Source of the DNA: an uncultured Pelagibacteraceae bacterium
GTDB lineage: Bacteria; Pseudomonadota; Alphaproteobacteria; Pelagibacterales; Pelagibacteraceae
Reading direction: 5' to 3'
Assembly (NCBI GenBank): GCA_902603215.1
Contig: CACKTW010000002.1
Location: 13,728-77,727, forward strand
Length of the DNA: 64,000 bases
The notes beneath the pieces are model-generated. The model saw only the letters and a list, made by a program, of their open reading frames with translations, had not been told where the DNA came from and made no database searches. Of this stretch, positions 12,871-23,531 are shown in pieces; the first letter of the stretch is position 1, and the number at the start of each line of letters is the position of its first letter. The translations under genes were made by a program, and so were the position numbers.

Positions 12871-13934
12871 CGACTTAGTCCTCTATAATTAGTTGGAATA
12901 TCTAGTGGATCAAATCCAAAAAACTTTAACCATCTACAATCACTTTCAAAAAATGATCTTAAATCATTAATACCATATTTTAGCATTGCTAAACGGTCTA
13001 TACCCATGCCAAAAGCATAGCCTTGAAACTTGCTAGGATCTACTTTCACATTTTTTAATACATTCGGGTGAACCATTCCGCAGCCTAAAATTTCTAGCCA
13101 TTTGTCACCTTCTCCGATAACAATTTTTCCATCCTTGATTTTGTAACCAATATCAACTTCTGCTGATGGCTCGGTAAAAGGAAAATGACTTGGTCTAAAT
13201 CTCATTTTTATTTTTTTTACTTCAAAAAATTCTTTAATAAAATAATCTAAACAACCCTTTAGATGTCCCATATTTAAATTTTCATCAATGTGTAAACCCT
13301 CAACTTGATGAAACATTGGAGTATGTGTTTGGTCACTATCACAACGATAAGTTCTGCCTGGCGCAATAATTTTAAAAGGAGAATTTCCCTTCAACATAGT
13401 CCTGATCTGAACTGGAGAAGTGTGTGTTCTTAATAAAAATTCTTTAGAAGAATCAAGATAAAAAGTATCATGCATATCTCTTGCTGGATGATCTGAAGGC
13501 GTATTAAGGGCAGTAAAATTGTTAAATTCACTTTCTACATCAGGTCCTTCTTCAATTGAAAATCCAATTTCAGAAAAAATTGATGAAATTTCATCAATGA
13601 CTTGTGCAACGGGATGTATTTTGCCACTTAACACTTCTCTTCCGGGAAGGGTAATATCAATGCGTTCATTCTTTAGTTTTTGATTGATTGTACTTAGTTC
13701 TATTTCCGAATATTTTTTATTTATTGAATTTGTAATTTGAACTTTCAAATCATTCAACTGTGAAGCAAATTCTTTTTTTTCATTATTTTCTAATTCGGAA
13801 AGTTTTTTAAATAATTGATTTATTTTTCCATTCTTACCCAAAAGAATTGTTTTTAAAGAATCTAATTCATCTTTTGAATGAATATTTTTTATTTTACCTT
13901 GGTTTTCAAATAATATTTTTTTTAAATCATCCAT
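12867..13934 (-). CDS. pheS: phenylalanine--tRNA ligase alpha subunit
   Basis: 355-aa ORF with class II aaRS motifs ([37 protein letters not shown]). Confidence 0.95.
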   Translation of the reverse strand: MDDLKKILFENQGKIKNIHSKDELDSLKTILLGKNGKINQLFKKLSELENNEKKEFASQLNDLKVQITNSINKKYSEIELSTINQKLKNERIDITLPGREVLSGKIHPVAQVIDEISSIFSEIGFSIEEGPDVESEFNNFTALNTPSDHPARDMHDTFYLDSSKEFLLRTHTSPVQIRTMLKGNSPFKIIAPGRTYRCDSDQTHTPMFHQVEGLHIDENLNMGHLKGCLDYFIKEFFEVKKIKMRFRPSHFPFTEPSAEVDIGYKIKDGKIVIGEGDKWLEILGCGMVHPNVLKNVKVDPSKFQGYAFGMGIDRLAMLKYGINDLRSFFESDCRWLKFFGFDPLDIPTNYRGLSR

Positions 13935-13982
13935 AAAAAGTTGATTCCTTGCTATTATCCAAGAATAAATTAATTATATATA

Positions 13983-14339
13983 TTAGTTAAGAGAGGATTG
14001 TACTTTTTTTACAATATTTTTAAAGGCTTCTGGGTTATTATAAGCTAGTTCTGCCAATACTTTTCTATCTAATTTTATTCCTGATTTATTTAATCCATTA
14101 ATAAACTTAGAATATGTCATGCCTTCAGGCCTTACTCCTGCATTAATTCTCTGTATCCACAAAGATCGAAATTCTCTTTTTTTGGTTTTTCTATCTCTGT
14201 AAGCATATTGCAAAGCTTTCTCCATGGCTTGCTTTGCAACACGAATGGTATTTTTTCTTCTTCCCCATTGACCTTTTACCGCCTTCAAAACTTTCTTATG
14301 TTTTGCATGACTGGTAACGCCTCTTTTAACTCTCGCCAT
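13983..14339 (-). CDS. rplT: 50S ribosomal protein L20
   Basis: 118-aa ORF; [19 protein letters not shown] is the canonical L20 start. Confidence 0.95.
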   Translation of the reverse strand: MARVKRGVTSHAKHKKVLKAVKGQWGRRKNTIRVAKQAMEKALQYAYRDRKTKKREFRSLWIQRINAGVRPEGMTYSKFINGLNKSGIKLDRKVLAELAYNNPEAFKNIVKKVQSSLN

Positions 14340-14341
14340 AA

Positions 14342-14548
14342 TTAACCTCTCAAATTATAAGGCATATAGGATTTTACAATTTTTGCATCTTGTTTAGACA
14401 TAATTGTTGTGCCTCTTTGTTTTCTTATTTGTGAATTTGTTCTCTTAATCATTCCATGTCTTTTTCCTGCTTGAGGCATAAGGACTTTACCTCTTGCAGT
14501 AATTTTAAATCTTTTTTTCGCTGAACTTTTTGTTTTTAGTTTCGGCAT
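14342..14548 (-). CDS. rpmI: 50S ribosomal protein L35
   Basis: 68-aa ORF; [18 protein letters not shown] is the canonical L35 start. Confidence 0.95.
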   Translation of the reverse strand: MPKLKTKSSAKKRFKITARGKVLMPQAGKRHGMIKRTNSQIRKQRGTTIMSKQDAKIVKSYMPYNLRG

Positions 14549-14609
14549 AAATTAATGGCAGTTTATACAGAGAATATATTAAATATACAATAACTATTAT
14601 TTTTAAAAG

Positions 14610-15161
14610 CTAGATAGGTTGAACAATCATTATCATTTGCTTGCCTTCAAATTTTGGACTTAGCTCAACCTTGCCTAATTGTTTAATATCTTCTTGAATT
14701 CTATTCATGAGTTCTGCGCCTAAATGATGATGTTGCATCTCTCTTCCTTTAAACCTAACTGTAAACTTAACCTTATTTCCTTTGGTTAAAAACTTTTGCG
14801 CATTCTTCAATTTAAAATTATAGTCATGAATCTCTGTTCCGGGTCTTAATTTAATTTCTTTGATATCTAAAGTTTTTTGTTTTTTTTTAGCTTTGCTAGC
14901 TTTTTTTTGCAAATCGTATTTATATTTTCCAATGTCAATAATTTTGCAAACTGGCGGTTTTGCATTTGGAGAAATTTCTATTAAATCTAATCCTTCTTGT
15001 TCTGCTAAATGTATAGCTTCTTTAGTTCGCAATATTCCTAAATTTTTTCCATCACTACTTATAACTTGCACTTCGGGAGAAAATATTTTGTGATTAGATT
15101 TAGGTCCTCTGGGTTTATTTCTTCTTTGAAAATAATTTTGTCTAGGTTTAAAATCTGGCAC
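14610..15161 (-). CDS. infC: translation initiation factor IF-3
   Basis: 183-aa ORF with IF3 N and C domains (LDLIEISPNAKPPVCKIIDIGKYKY; IKLRPGTEIHDYNFK). The codon at 15159-15161 is GTG, directly abutting the thrS stop (TAAGTG). The start is therefore non-ATG, and the exact start is uncertain. Confidence 0.9.
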   Translation of the reverse strand: MPDFKPRQNYFQRRNKPRGPKSNHKIFSPEVQVISSDGKNLGILRTKEAIHLAEQEGLDLIEISPNAKPPVCKIIDIGKYKYDLQKKASKAKKKQKTLDIKEIKLRPGTEIHDYNFKLKNAQKFLTKGNKVKFTVRFKGREMQHHHLGAELMNRIQEDIKQLGKVELSPKFEGKQMIMIVQPI

Positions 15162-17078
15162 TTAGTTTAAGGGAGCTTTGTTTTGAATAGAAATATTTTT
15201 AATTGCCTGTTTGAGACTAACTGTTTCTTGTTTTTCAGATCCTAATTTTCTAATAGTTACAGTCTTGTTTTCTTCTTCTTTTTTTCCACAAATAAAAAGT
15301 AAAGGAACTTTAGCTAAAGAATGTTCTCTTATCTTGTAATTCAGTTTGTGATTTTTTAAATCCACCTCGCAAGTTATATCTGCTTTGGTAAATTCTTTAA
15401 ATACCTTTTTTGCATAATCGTCAAAATCTTGAGATATTGGTAAAACTACTGCTTGTAAAGGACTGAGCCACAAAGGAAGTTTTCCAGCATAATGCTCTAT
15501 AAGTATACCTATAAATCTTTCTAAAGACCCAAATAAAGCTCTGTGCAACATTACAGGATTTTCTTTTGATCCATCTTTTTCAACATATGTTGCTCCCAAT
15601 CTAGAAGGTAAATTAAGATCTACTTGAAGTGTTCCGCATTGCCAATCTCTACCAATTGCATCTCTTAGAACAAATTCAATCTTAGGACCATAAAAAGCCC
15701 CTTCTCCTTTATTGATAGTATATTCTAATTTTGAAGCTTTGATTGCTTCCAATAATGCAGTTTCTGATTTGTCCCAAACTTTATCATCTCCTACTCTTTT
15801 TTCCGGTCTATCAGAATATTTCAAAATAACATTTGTAAATCCAAGATCTTTGTATATTTCTAATATTAAATTAGTAACACTTAAGCATTCTTTTGTAATT
15901 TGTTCTTGCGTACAAAATATATGAGCATCATCCTGGGTAAATGCTCTCACTCTAAGCAAACCGTGTAATGCGCCTGAAGGTTCATATCTATGAACTTTCC
16001 CAAATTCAGACATTCTTAACGGTAAGTCTCTATAGCTTTTTAATCCTTGATTGAATACCTGAACACAACCAGGACAGTTCATTGGTTTTATTGCAAAAAC
16101 TTTTTCATCTGGTGTTGTTGAAGTAAACATATGTTCACCAAACTTTTCCCAATGACCTGAAGTTTCCCAAATAGATTTATCGAGTAATTCGGGTGTATTT
16201 ATTTCTTGATATCCTGCTTTTTTTTGTTTTGTTCTCATATAATCTACTAATTTAAGAAATAAATTCCATCCCTTTGGATGCCAAAAAACTGAGCCTGGGC
16301 TTTCTTCTCTAAAATGAAAAAGATCCATTTCTTTACCCAATTTTCTGTGATCTCTTTTTTCCGCTTCTTCCAATCTGTTCAAATAGGCTGCCAAATCTTT
16401 TTGATTAGCCCAACAAGTACCATAAATTCTTTGAAGCATCTCATTCTTAGAATCTCCTCTCCAATAAGCTCCTGAAACTTTTGTAAGCTTAAAAGCTTTT
16501 CCTATTTTTCCAGTTGAAGGTAGATGAGGTCCTTTACATAAATCATGCCATTTGCCATGATAATAAACTGATAATTCTTCATTGCTTGGGATGCTTTCTA
16601 TAATTTCAGCTTTGTATAATTCTCCTATTTTTTTGAAATGATCAATTGCTTCTTTTCTATTAAAAATTTTTTTCACAGTTTTTAAATCTTTGTCTACTAT
16701 TTCCATCATTTTTTTTTCTATTTTTTTTAGATCATCTTCGGTAAAAGGTTCTTTTCTTGAAAAATCATAATAAAAACCATCTTCTATTACTGGACCAATT
16801 GTAACTTGAGTTTTTGGAAAAAGTTCCTGAACAGCCATTGCTAGAATATGTGCCGTATCATGTCTTAAAACATCTAGCCCTTCTTGATCATCAAGAGTAA
16901 AAATTTTTACTGAAGAATTTTTTTTTATTTGATAGTTTAAATCTTTTAACTCACCATCTACACTCATGATACAAGCTTTTTTCACAAGAGACTTGCTAAT
17001 TTTTTCAGCTAATTGAAATCCGTCAACACTTTTTAAAAATGTTAAAATTTTTCCATCTGGTAAAGAAATATCTGGCAT
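15162..17078 (-). CDS. thrS: threonine--tRNA ligase
   Basis: 638-aa ORF with TGS, editing (HDTAHILA) and class II catalytic domains and an anticodon-binding domain. Confidence 0.95.
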   Translation of the reverse strand: MPDISLPDGKILTFLKSVDGFQLAEKISKSLVKKACIMSVDGELKDLNYQIKKNSSVKIFTLDDQEGLDVLRHDTAHILAMAVQELFPKTQVTIGPVIEDGFYYDFSRKEPFTEDDLKKIEKKMMEIVDKDLKTVKKIFNRKEAIDHFKKIGELYKAEIIESIPSNEELSVYYHGKWHDLCKGPHLPSTGKIGKAFKLTKVSGAYWRGDSKNEMLQRIYGTCWANQKDLAAYLNRLEEAEKRDHRKLGKEMDLFHFREESPGSVFWHPKGWNLFLKLVDYMRTKQKKAGYQEINTPELLDKSIWETSGHWEKFGEHMFTSTTPDEKVFAIKPMNCPGCVQVFNQGLKSYRDLPLRMSEFGKVHRYEPSGALHGLLRVRAFTQDDAHIFCTQEQITKECLSVTNLILEIYKDLGFTNVILKYSDRPEKRVGDDKVWDKSETALLEAIKASKLEYTINKGEGAFYGPKIEFVLRDAIGRDWQCGTLQVDLNLPSRLGATYVEKDGSKENPVMLHRALFGSLERFIGILIEHYAGKLPLWLSPLQAVVLPISQDFDDYAKKVFKEFTKADITCEVDLKNHKLNYKIREHSLAKVPLLFICGKKEEENKTVTIRKLGSEKQETVSLKQAIKNISIQNKAPLN

Positions 17079-18242
17079 TTAAAACTGTTTTATCAATTTT
17101 TTATATTCTACGAAAGTAGAGTTACACATTTTTTCAACATCAAATTTTTTAATAACATTTTTCCTACCTTCAATTCCCATAGATTGCAATGTATTATCTT
17201 CATAATTCATAATTTCTTTTATTTTTTCTGCTAGAGAAATTGGATCTGCAGACTTAAAAAATAAACCTGATTTGTCTTTAACAATGGTTTCTTTTGATCC
17301 GCCAATATCGCTTGCAACTATTGGTTTTTCCATTGATTGCGCTTCTACAGAAACTCTCCCAAATGCTTCGGGCTCTATAGATGCTGAAACTACCAGGTTT
17401 GATATTTTGTATGCTACCGGCATTTCCTTACATGAAGAAATAAATTTAATTTTTGTATTTAATCTATATTTTTGAACAAGAGACAAGAGTTTTTTATAGT
17501 AAACTGTCCTACCTTGATCGCTACCTAAAATTATTGCAGAAAATGGTTTAATATCGCTTTGCTGATTCAATATATTAATTGATTCAATAAAAAGTTCTTG
17601 TCCTTTCCAAGATGTTAATCGACCTGGCAACAATATAATAAATTTATTTATATCTATTTTCCATTCTTTGATTAATTGATTCAATTTATTATCTAAAACT
17701 TTTTTTTGACTGAAAAAGTCGGTATTAATTCCTCTGAAAATAACCATAAGTTTTCTTCTTTTTGGTTCTAAAAATTCTTTATAGTTTTCACAAATATGTG
17801 AAAAAATAAAATTAGAACCAGCAATAATAAGGTCTGATCTAACCATTGCAGAATTATAAAATTTTTTTAAAGAACTTTTGTAATTGTATGTGCCATGAAA
17901 TGTAGTAACAAATTTTCTTCTAGTTATTTTTGTAGCCCAAAGACATGACCAAGCTGGAGCTCTACTTCTTGCATGAACTATTTTAATATTACAAAAAAGA
18001 ATTATTAAAGTGATTAAGATAAAATTCATCAAAATCAAAACTGGATTTTTAGAATGAACAGGAAGCCTAAAAAGTTTTACTTTTTTTTTATTAATATACT
18101 TAAGTAATTCTCCACCGCTTGTAATTATATAAGACTTACAATTATTTTCGGGCAAATAGTGTGCTAAATCATAACAGCCTGTTTCCGCTCCACCAAAACC
18201 AAGTTTTGGAATAACTTGTAAAACTTTCATATTAGAACTCAT
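17079..18242 (-). CDS. glycosyltransferase family 4 (GT-B fold)
   Basis: 387-aa ORF with an N-terminal GGAETG motif and a C-terminal E..FG....EA motif (EPEAFGRVSVEAQSMEKPIVASDIGG). Confidence 0.7.
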   Translation of the reverse strand: MSSNMKVLQVIPKLGFGGAETGCYDLAHYLPENNCKSYIITSGGELLKYINKKKVKLFRLPVHSKNPVLILMNFILITLIILFCNIKIVHARSRAPAWSCLWATKITRRKFVTTFHGTYNYKSSLKKFYNSAMVRSDLIIAGSNFIFSHICENYKEFLEPKRRKLMVIFRGINTDFFSQKKVLDNKLNQLIKEWKIDINKFIILLPGRLTSWKGQELFIESINILNQQSDIKPFSAIILGSDQGRTVYYKKLLSLVQKYRLNTKIKFISSCKEMPVAYKISNLVVSASIEPEAFGRVSVEAQSMEKPIVASDIGGSKETIVKDKSGLFFKSADPISLAEKIKEIMNYEDNTLQSMGIEGRKNVIKKFDVEKMCNSTFVEYKKLIKQF

Positions 18243-18280
18243 CAGATTTATCTTATATATTAAGTCGGATATTATATAAA

Positions 18281-19042
18281 ATGTTTAAATATTTAAGATT
18301 GTCAAATTCAAAAAAGATTAGATTTTTATCATTAAAATCAACAAAAAAAATATGTGTAATTTTTTTACATGGATTTATGTCAGACATAGAAGGAGACAAG
18401 CCGGCTTATTTTTTAAAATTTTGTAAAAAAAAACAAATTAATTTTTTAGCCATGGAATATTCTGGCCATGGAAAATCTTATGGTGAATTTTTAAAAGGAA
18501 ACATTTCAAAATGGACTAATGATGCTTACAAAACTGTAAATTCTAAAATGAGAGGGAAAGATTTGATTATTATAGGCTCAAGCATGGGTGCATGGATTGG
18601 TTTAAATTTAATTCTTAAATTCAAAAATCAAATAAAAGGCTTTATTGGAATAAGTGCTGCTCCAGAATTTTTAGAAAGGCTAATGTGGAAAAAATTTAGT
18701 AAGAAAATAAAAAATATAATTTTTAAAAAAAAAATCTATCATGTTCAAAAAGCTGATTTTACATACCCTATTACTAAACAATTAATTTTTGATGGTAGAA
18801 AAAATAAAATCTTTAATAAAAAGATTAATTTAAAAATTCCTATCCAAATGTTTCATTCGATAAAAGATGATGTTGTTCCGGTTTATTTTTCAAAAAAAAT
18901 ATTAAAAATTTTTCCATATGCCAAAAAAAAATTATTTATTTTTAAAGATGGTGATCATAGATTGTCAAGAAAAAAAGATTTGAAAAAAATCGGAAAATCT
19001 TTAAATGAAATAATCTTAAATTATAGTGCTACTTTAGGCTGA
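18281..19042 (+). CDS. alpha/beta-fold hydrolase
   Basis: 253-aa ORF with FLHGFMSD and the nucleophile elbow GSSMGAW. The 3' end overlaps the convergent gltB by 22 nt. Confidence 0.6.
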   Translation: MFKYLRLSNSKKIRFLSLKSTKKICVIFLHGFMSDIEGDKPAYFLKFCKKKQINFLAMEYSGHGKSYGEFLKGNISKWTNDAYKTVNSKMRGKDLIIIGSSMGAWIGLNLILKFKNQIKGFIGISAAPEFLERLMWKKFSKKIKNIIFKKKIYHVQKADFTYPITKQLIFDGRKNKIFNKKINLKIPIQMFHSIKDDVVPVYFSKKILKIFPYAKKKLFIFKDGDHRLSRKKDLKKIGKSLNEIILNYSATLG

Positions 19043-22000
19043 TTTTTTTTGCTAATTGGATACTCAAGTTTATCAAGCATTTCTATTGGACAGATTTGTT
19101 TAAAATTTTTAATTTCTAATTCATAGTTTTTTAAAATATTTTTTGCCAAATTTGATTCCGTTTCTTTGTAATATTCTTCTAGGTTTTGCTTTAAAAATTT
19201 AATCCAATATTCGGTTTCTGGTTCTTGCCATGTTAATGTTTCAGGATTAACATATTTTTCAAATTCATTTGAAGGATCGTAGACAAACGCTATACCTCCA
19301 GTCATTCCAGCTCCAAAATTATCTCCGACTTTTCCTAAAATAATTATTGTTCCGCCCGTCATATATTCGCAGCCATTAGAATCACATCCTTCAACAATAG
19401 CTAGAGCTCCTGAATTTCTTACTGCAAACCTTTCTCCTGCCTGACCAGCCGCAAATAATTTTCCTGATGTAGCTCCATAAAGGACTGTATTGCCAATAAT
19501 TGTATTATCTGTACTTACTAAATTGCTTTTTGAATGAGGACGAATTATTAATAATCCACCTGAAAGTCCTTTGCCAACATAATCATTTGCATCACCAAAT
19601 AATCTTAATTTTAATCCTTTAATTAAAAATGCTCCAAATGATTGTCCAGCAGATCCATTTAAATTTATTTGTATTTGATCAGATTTTAATTTTTTGTCTT
19701 TAAATCTTTTGTATATATAATGAGATAATCTAGTCCCAATAGCTCTGTGTGTGTTTTTGACTTCATAGTTAACATTGATATCTTCTAAATTTTCAATTTT
19801 ATTTTTAATATCTAAGTAAATTTTTTCATCAAGAGTTTCGGGAACTTTATTAATTTTTTTGTCTTCACAATATCTTTTATTTTCTCCTGGATCTGTTTGA
19901 ATAAACAACGGGCTTAAATCTAAATCATCTAGATTAGGCGAACCTTTATTTACCTGTCTTAGCAAATCATTTCTCCCAATTATTTCATTTAATGATTTAA
20001 ATCCTAATCTTGCCAAGATTTCTCTTACTTCTTTTGCTATAAAAATAAATAGATTTACAACTTTTTCTGGGGTTCCTGAAAATTTTTCTCTCAATTTTTG
20101 ATCTTGAGTACATATTCCAACTGGGCATGTATTAGAATGACATTGGCGAACCATGATACATCCCATCGCAACCAAAGATAATGTGGCTATACCAAACTCT
20201 TCTGCTCCCATCATGGCTGCAATCACAACATCTCTTCCAGTTTTAATTCCACCATCAGTTCTTAAAGTCACTCTATGTCTTAAATTATTTAAGGTAAGTA
20301 TTTGATTAGCTTCAGTTAATCCCATTTCCCAAGGTATACCTACATATTTTACACTTGTTTGAGGAGTTGCTGCTGTTCCACCTGAGTGCCCAGAAATTAA
20401 AATAATATCTGCCTTCGCCTTTGCTACTCCGGCTGCTATAGTTCCGACGCCAGTTGATGAAACAAGTTTTACTCCAACTCTAGCTTTTGAATTAACTTGT
20501 TTTAAATCATAAATTAATTGAGCCAAATCTTCTATTGAATAAATATCGTGATGAGGTGGGGGTGATATAAGAGTAACTCCAGGTGTCGAGTGTCTTAGTT
20601 TAGCAATTTCTTTGCTAACCTTAAAACCAGGTAACTGTCCACCTTCTCCAGGTTTTGCTCCTTGTGCAATCTTTATTTCTATTTCGTTACAATTGTTTAA
20701 ATATTCAATTGTTACGCCAAATCTTGCAGATGCAATTTGTTTCACTCTAGAATTTGCGCTATCACCACTTTCAAGTATTTTAAATCTTTTTGAATCTTCT
20801 CCGCCTTCTCCGCTACAAGATGCTCCCTTAATTCTATTCATCCCAATTGCAAGAGTTTCATGAGCTTCTTTTGATAAAGCGCCATGTGACATACTTCCAC
20901 TTCCAAATCTTTTCAAAATTTCTTCAATGGGTTCTACTTCTGAAATATCTATTGATTCTTTTATATACCTTTTTCTAAAATCAATTAAATCTCTTGGATT
21001 TATTGGAGATAAATCATAAATATTTTGTGCATATTTTTTATAAAGTTCATAAGACCCCTTTCCAACTGCATGCTGTAAAAGATGTATTAAATTACCTTGA
21101 TATTGATGTGTTTCTCCATTTTTTCTATATTTGTAAATACCTCCGATAGGCAGAACGCTTACATTTTCTTGAAATGCTTTTTCATGAATTTCTCTAATTT
21201 TTTTTTCTATTCCAGTCAAACCAATTCCAGATATTTTGGAAACAACTCCCGGAAAATATTCAGCAACAATTGCTCTGCTTAAACCTACTGTTTCAAAATT
21301 ACAGCCACCTCTATAAGAACTTAAAACAGAAATTCCCATTTTTGACATTATTTTAAGAAGACCATTATTTACGGCTTTAATATATCTATTAATACAGTCC
21401 TCAATGCTTAATTTTCCAAATAAATTTTTTTCAAACCTTTGATGAATGGAATCGAAAGCCAAATAAGGATTTATAGTTGTTGCTCCAACGCCAATCAAAG
21501 TTGCATAAGAATGGGTATCTAAAGTTTCTCCGGTCTGAATATTCAAAGACACATATCCTCTTAGACTTGAGTTAATTAAATGAGAATTAACTGCTCCTGT
21601 TGCTAAAAGCATAGGAATAGCTAATCTATTTTGATCAATATTTTTATCGGTTAAGACTACTTGTTTAATTCCTTCTCTTGCTGCTGTTTCAGCCTCAGAT
21701 CTAATTTTTTTTATAGAATTCAATAATGATTCTGATTTCTCAAATGTACAATCAATAATTTTAGAACTTTTTTTAAAATAATCTTTAAATTTATCAAACT
21801 GTGAATTTGATAATATTGGGCTATTTAAAACGTAAATATTTTCTTTAGTTAAATTATCAAAATCTAAAATATTGCCCAAATTTCCAAATCTAGATTTTAA
21901 ACTCATCACTTTGTTTTCTCTTAAAGAATCAATTGGAGGATTTGTTACTTGGCTAAAATTTTGTCTAAAAAAATGATTTAGAGGACGATATCTATCAGAT

Positions 22001-23526
22001 AATACAGCCAAAGGAGTATCGTCGCCCATTGAGCCTGTTGCTTCCTTTGAATCTTCTACCATTGGATGAAGAATTAATTCTAAGTCTTCTATGCTGAAAC
22101 CAAAAAAATGTTGCCTTCTTCTTAATTCGTTTCCTGAATAAATTTTTTTTTCATTTTTTAAAAGAAATTTTTTATCTAAATCAACAATCTGATTATTAAA
22201 ATGCTTAAACTCTTTTGCTAAAAAATTTTTAATTTGGTAATTTTCATATAATTTTCCATTTTCTAATTTTATTCCAATTATTTCGCCTGGTCCAAGCCTT
22301 CCCTTATAAAGAATTTTATCTTCATCCATTGGTATCATTCCTGTTTCAGATCCAGCAAACAAAAGTTTTTCTTTGGTGATTGTATAACGCAAAGGTCTCA
22401 ATCCATTTCTGTCCATTGCGGCAATAATCCATTCATTATCTGTTGCTGCAATAGCAGCAGGCCCATCCCAAGGTTCCATAGTGCTATTTAAAAAGTTAAA
22501 CAAATGTTGATGACTTTTGGGTAATGATTTACTTTTTTTTGACCATGCGTCAGGAATTAACATTAGTTTTGCTAGAGGAGCAGGTTTTCCTGCCTCTGTT
22601 AATAATTCAAAAACATTATCCAGGGCAGCTGAATCTGAATTCCCTGGACCAATTACTGGCTTCAAATCTTCAATATTTTTAAAAAGTTTGCTATTCATTT
22701 CTTGCTCATGAACTTTCATCCAGTTTATATTGCCTTTCAAAGTATTTATTTCACCATTATGAGCTAAACATCTAAATGGTTGTGCTAAATCCCAACTAGG
22801 GAAGGTATTGGTAGAATATCTTTGATGAAAAATTGCAAACCTTGAAATAAATCTTTCGTCACTTAAATCTGGATAAAAGTCTGACAAAGCTTCGGCTAGA
22901 AACATGCCTTTATAAATAATTGATTTTGAACTAAATGAACAAATATAAAAATCTTTTAATTGTAATTTTAAAGCTTGTTTTTCAATTTTTTTTCTAACAA
23001 TATAAAGTTGTCTTTCAAGATCCTTGTCTATTAATTTTTTGTTATTTGCCTTAAAAATTACCTGCATAATTTCAGGCCTAGTCATTTCTGCTTTAATACC
23101 TAAAACTTTTGTATTAACAGGAACTTGTCTCCAGCCATAAATATAAAAATTATTTTTTGTAAGTTCTGTTTCAACAATTATTCTTGATTTTTCTTGAGAT
23201 TCATAGTCATTTCTAGGTAAAAAAATCATTCCAACACAAATATCTGACTCATCATGTGAATGACCCGTAATCTCAATTTTTTCTACAAAAAAGTCAGAAG
23301 GAATTTCAACATGAATTCCTGCTCCATCACCTGTTTTGCCATCTGCATCAACAGCTCCTCTATGCCATACAGCTTTTAATGCTTCAATTCCATATTTAAC
23401 AATTTTTCTTGATTTTTTTCCATCTATAGAAGCTACGAACCCAACACCACAAGCATCATGTTCCATCTTGGGATCATAAACTTTTCCATCAATAAGTTTT
23501 TTTAAATTTTTTTTATATAAATTCAT
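19021..23526 (-). CDS. gltB: glutamate synthase large subunit
   Basis: 1501-aa ORF. It has the Ntn amidotransferase start ..HDACGVGFVA, FMN-binding and GXGXG domains, and 3Fe-4S cysteines (CHSNTCPVGICTQD). Confidence 0.95.
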   Translation of the reverse strand: MNLYKKNLKKLIDGKVYDPKMEHDACGVGFVASIDGKKSRKIVKYGIEALKAVWHRGAVDADGKTGDGAGIHVEIPSDFFVEKIEITGHSHDESDICVGMIFLPRNDYESQEKSRIIVETELTKNNFYIYGWRQVPVNTKVLGIKAEMTRPEIMQVIFKANNKKLIDKDLERQLYIVRKKIEKQALKLQLKDFYICSFSSKSIIYKGMFLAEALSDFYPDLSDERFISRFAIFHQRYSTNTFPSWDLAQPFRCLAHNGEINTLKGNINWMKVHEQEMNSKLFKNIEDLKPVIGPGNSDSAALDNVFELLTEAGKPAPLAKLMLIPDAWSKKSKSLPKSHQHLFNFLNSTMEPWDGPAAIAATDNEWIIAAMDRNGLRPLRYTITKEKLLFAGSETGMIPMDEDKILYKGRLGPGEIIGIKLENGKLYENYQIKNFLAKEFKHFNNQIVDLDKKFLLKNEKKIYSGNELRRRQHFFGFSIEDLELILHPMVEDSKEATGSMGDDTPLAVLSDRYRPLNHFFRQNFSQVTNPPIDSLRENKVMSLKSRFGNLGNILDFDNLTKENIYVLNSPILSNSQFDKFKDYFKKSSKIIDCTFEKSESLLNSIKKIRSEAETAAREGIKQVVLTDKNIDQNRLAIPMLLATGAVNSHLINSSLRGYVSLNIQTGETLDTHSYATLIGVGATTINPYLAFDSIHQRFEKNLFGKLSIEDCINRYIKAVNNGLLKIMSKMGISVLSSYRGGCNFETVGLSRAIVAEYFPGVVSKISGIGLTGIEKKIREIHEKAFQENVSVLPIGGIYKYRKNGETHQYQGNLIHLLQHAVGKGSYELYKKYAQNIYDLSPINPRDLIDFRKRYIKESIDISEVEPIEEILKRFGSGSMSHGALSKEAHETLAIGMNRIKGASCSGEGGEDSKRFKILESGDSANSRVKQIASARFGVTIEYLNNCNEIEIKIAQGAKPGEGGQLPGFKVSKEIAKLRHSTPGVTLISPPPHHDIYSIEDLAQLIYDLKQVNSKARVGVKLVSSTGVGTIAAGVAKAKADIILISGHSGGTAATPQTSVKYVGIPWEMGLTEANQILTLNNLRHRVTLRTDGGIKTGRDVVIAAMMGAEEFGIATLSLVAMGCIMVRQCHSNTCPVGICTQDQKLREKFSGTPEKVVNLFIFIAKEVREILARLGFKSLNEIIGRNDLLRQVNKGSPNLDDLDLSPLFIQTDPGENKRYCEDKKINKVPETLDEKIYLDIKNKIENLEDINVNYEVKNTHRAIGTRLSHYIYKRFKDKKLKSDQIQINLNGSAGQSFGAFLIKGLKLRLFGDANDYVGKGLSGGLLIIRPHSKSNLVSTDNTIIGNTVLYGATSGKLFAAGQAGERFAVRNSGALAIVEGCDSNGCEYMTGGTIIILGKVGDNFGAGMTGGIAFVYDPSNEFEKYVNPETLTWQEPETEYWIKFLKQNLEEYYKETESNLAKNILKNYELEIKNFKQICPIEMLDKLEYPISKKNQPKVAL

Positions 23527-23531
23527 AAATT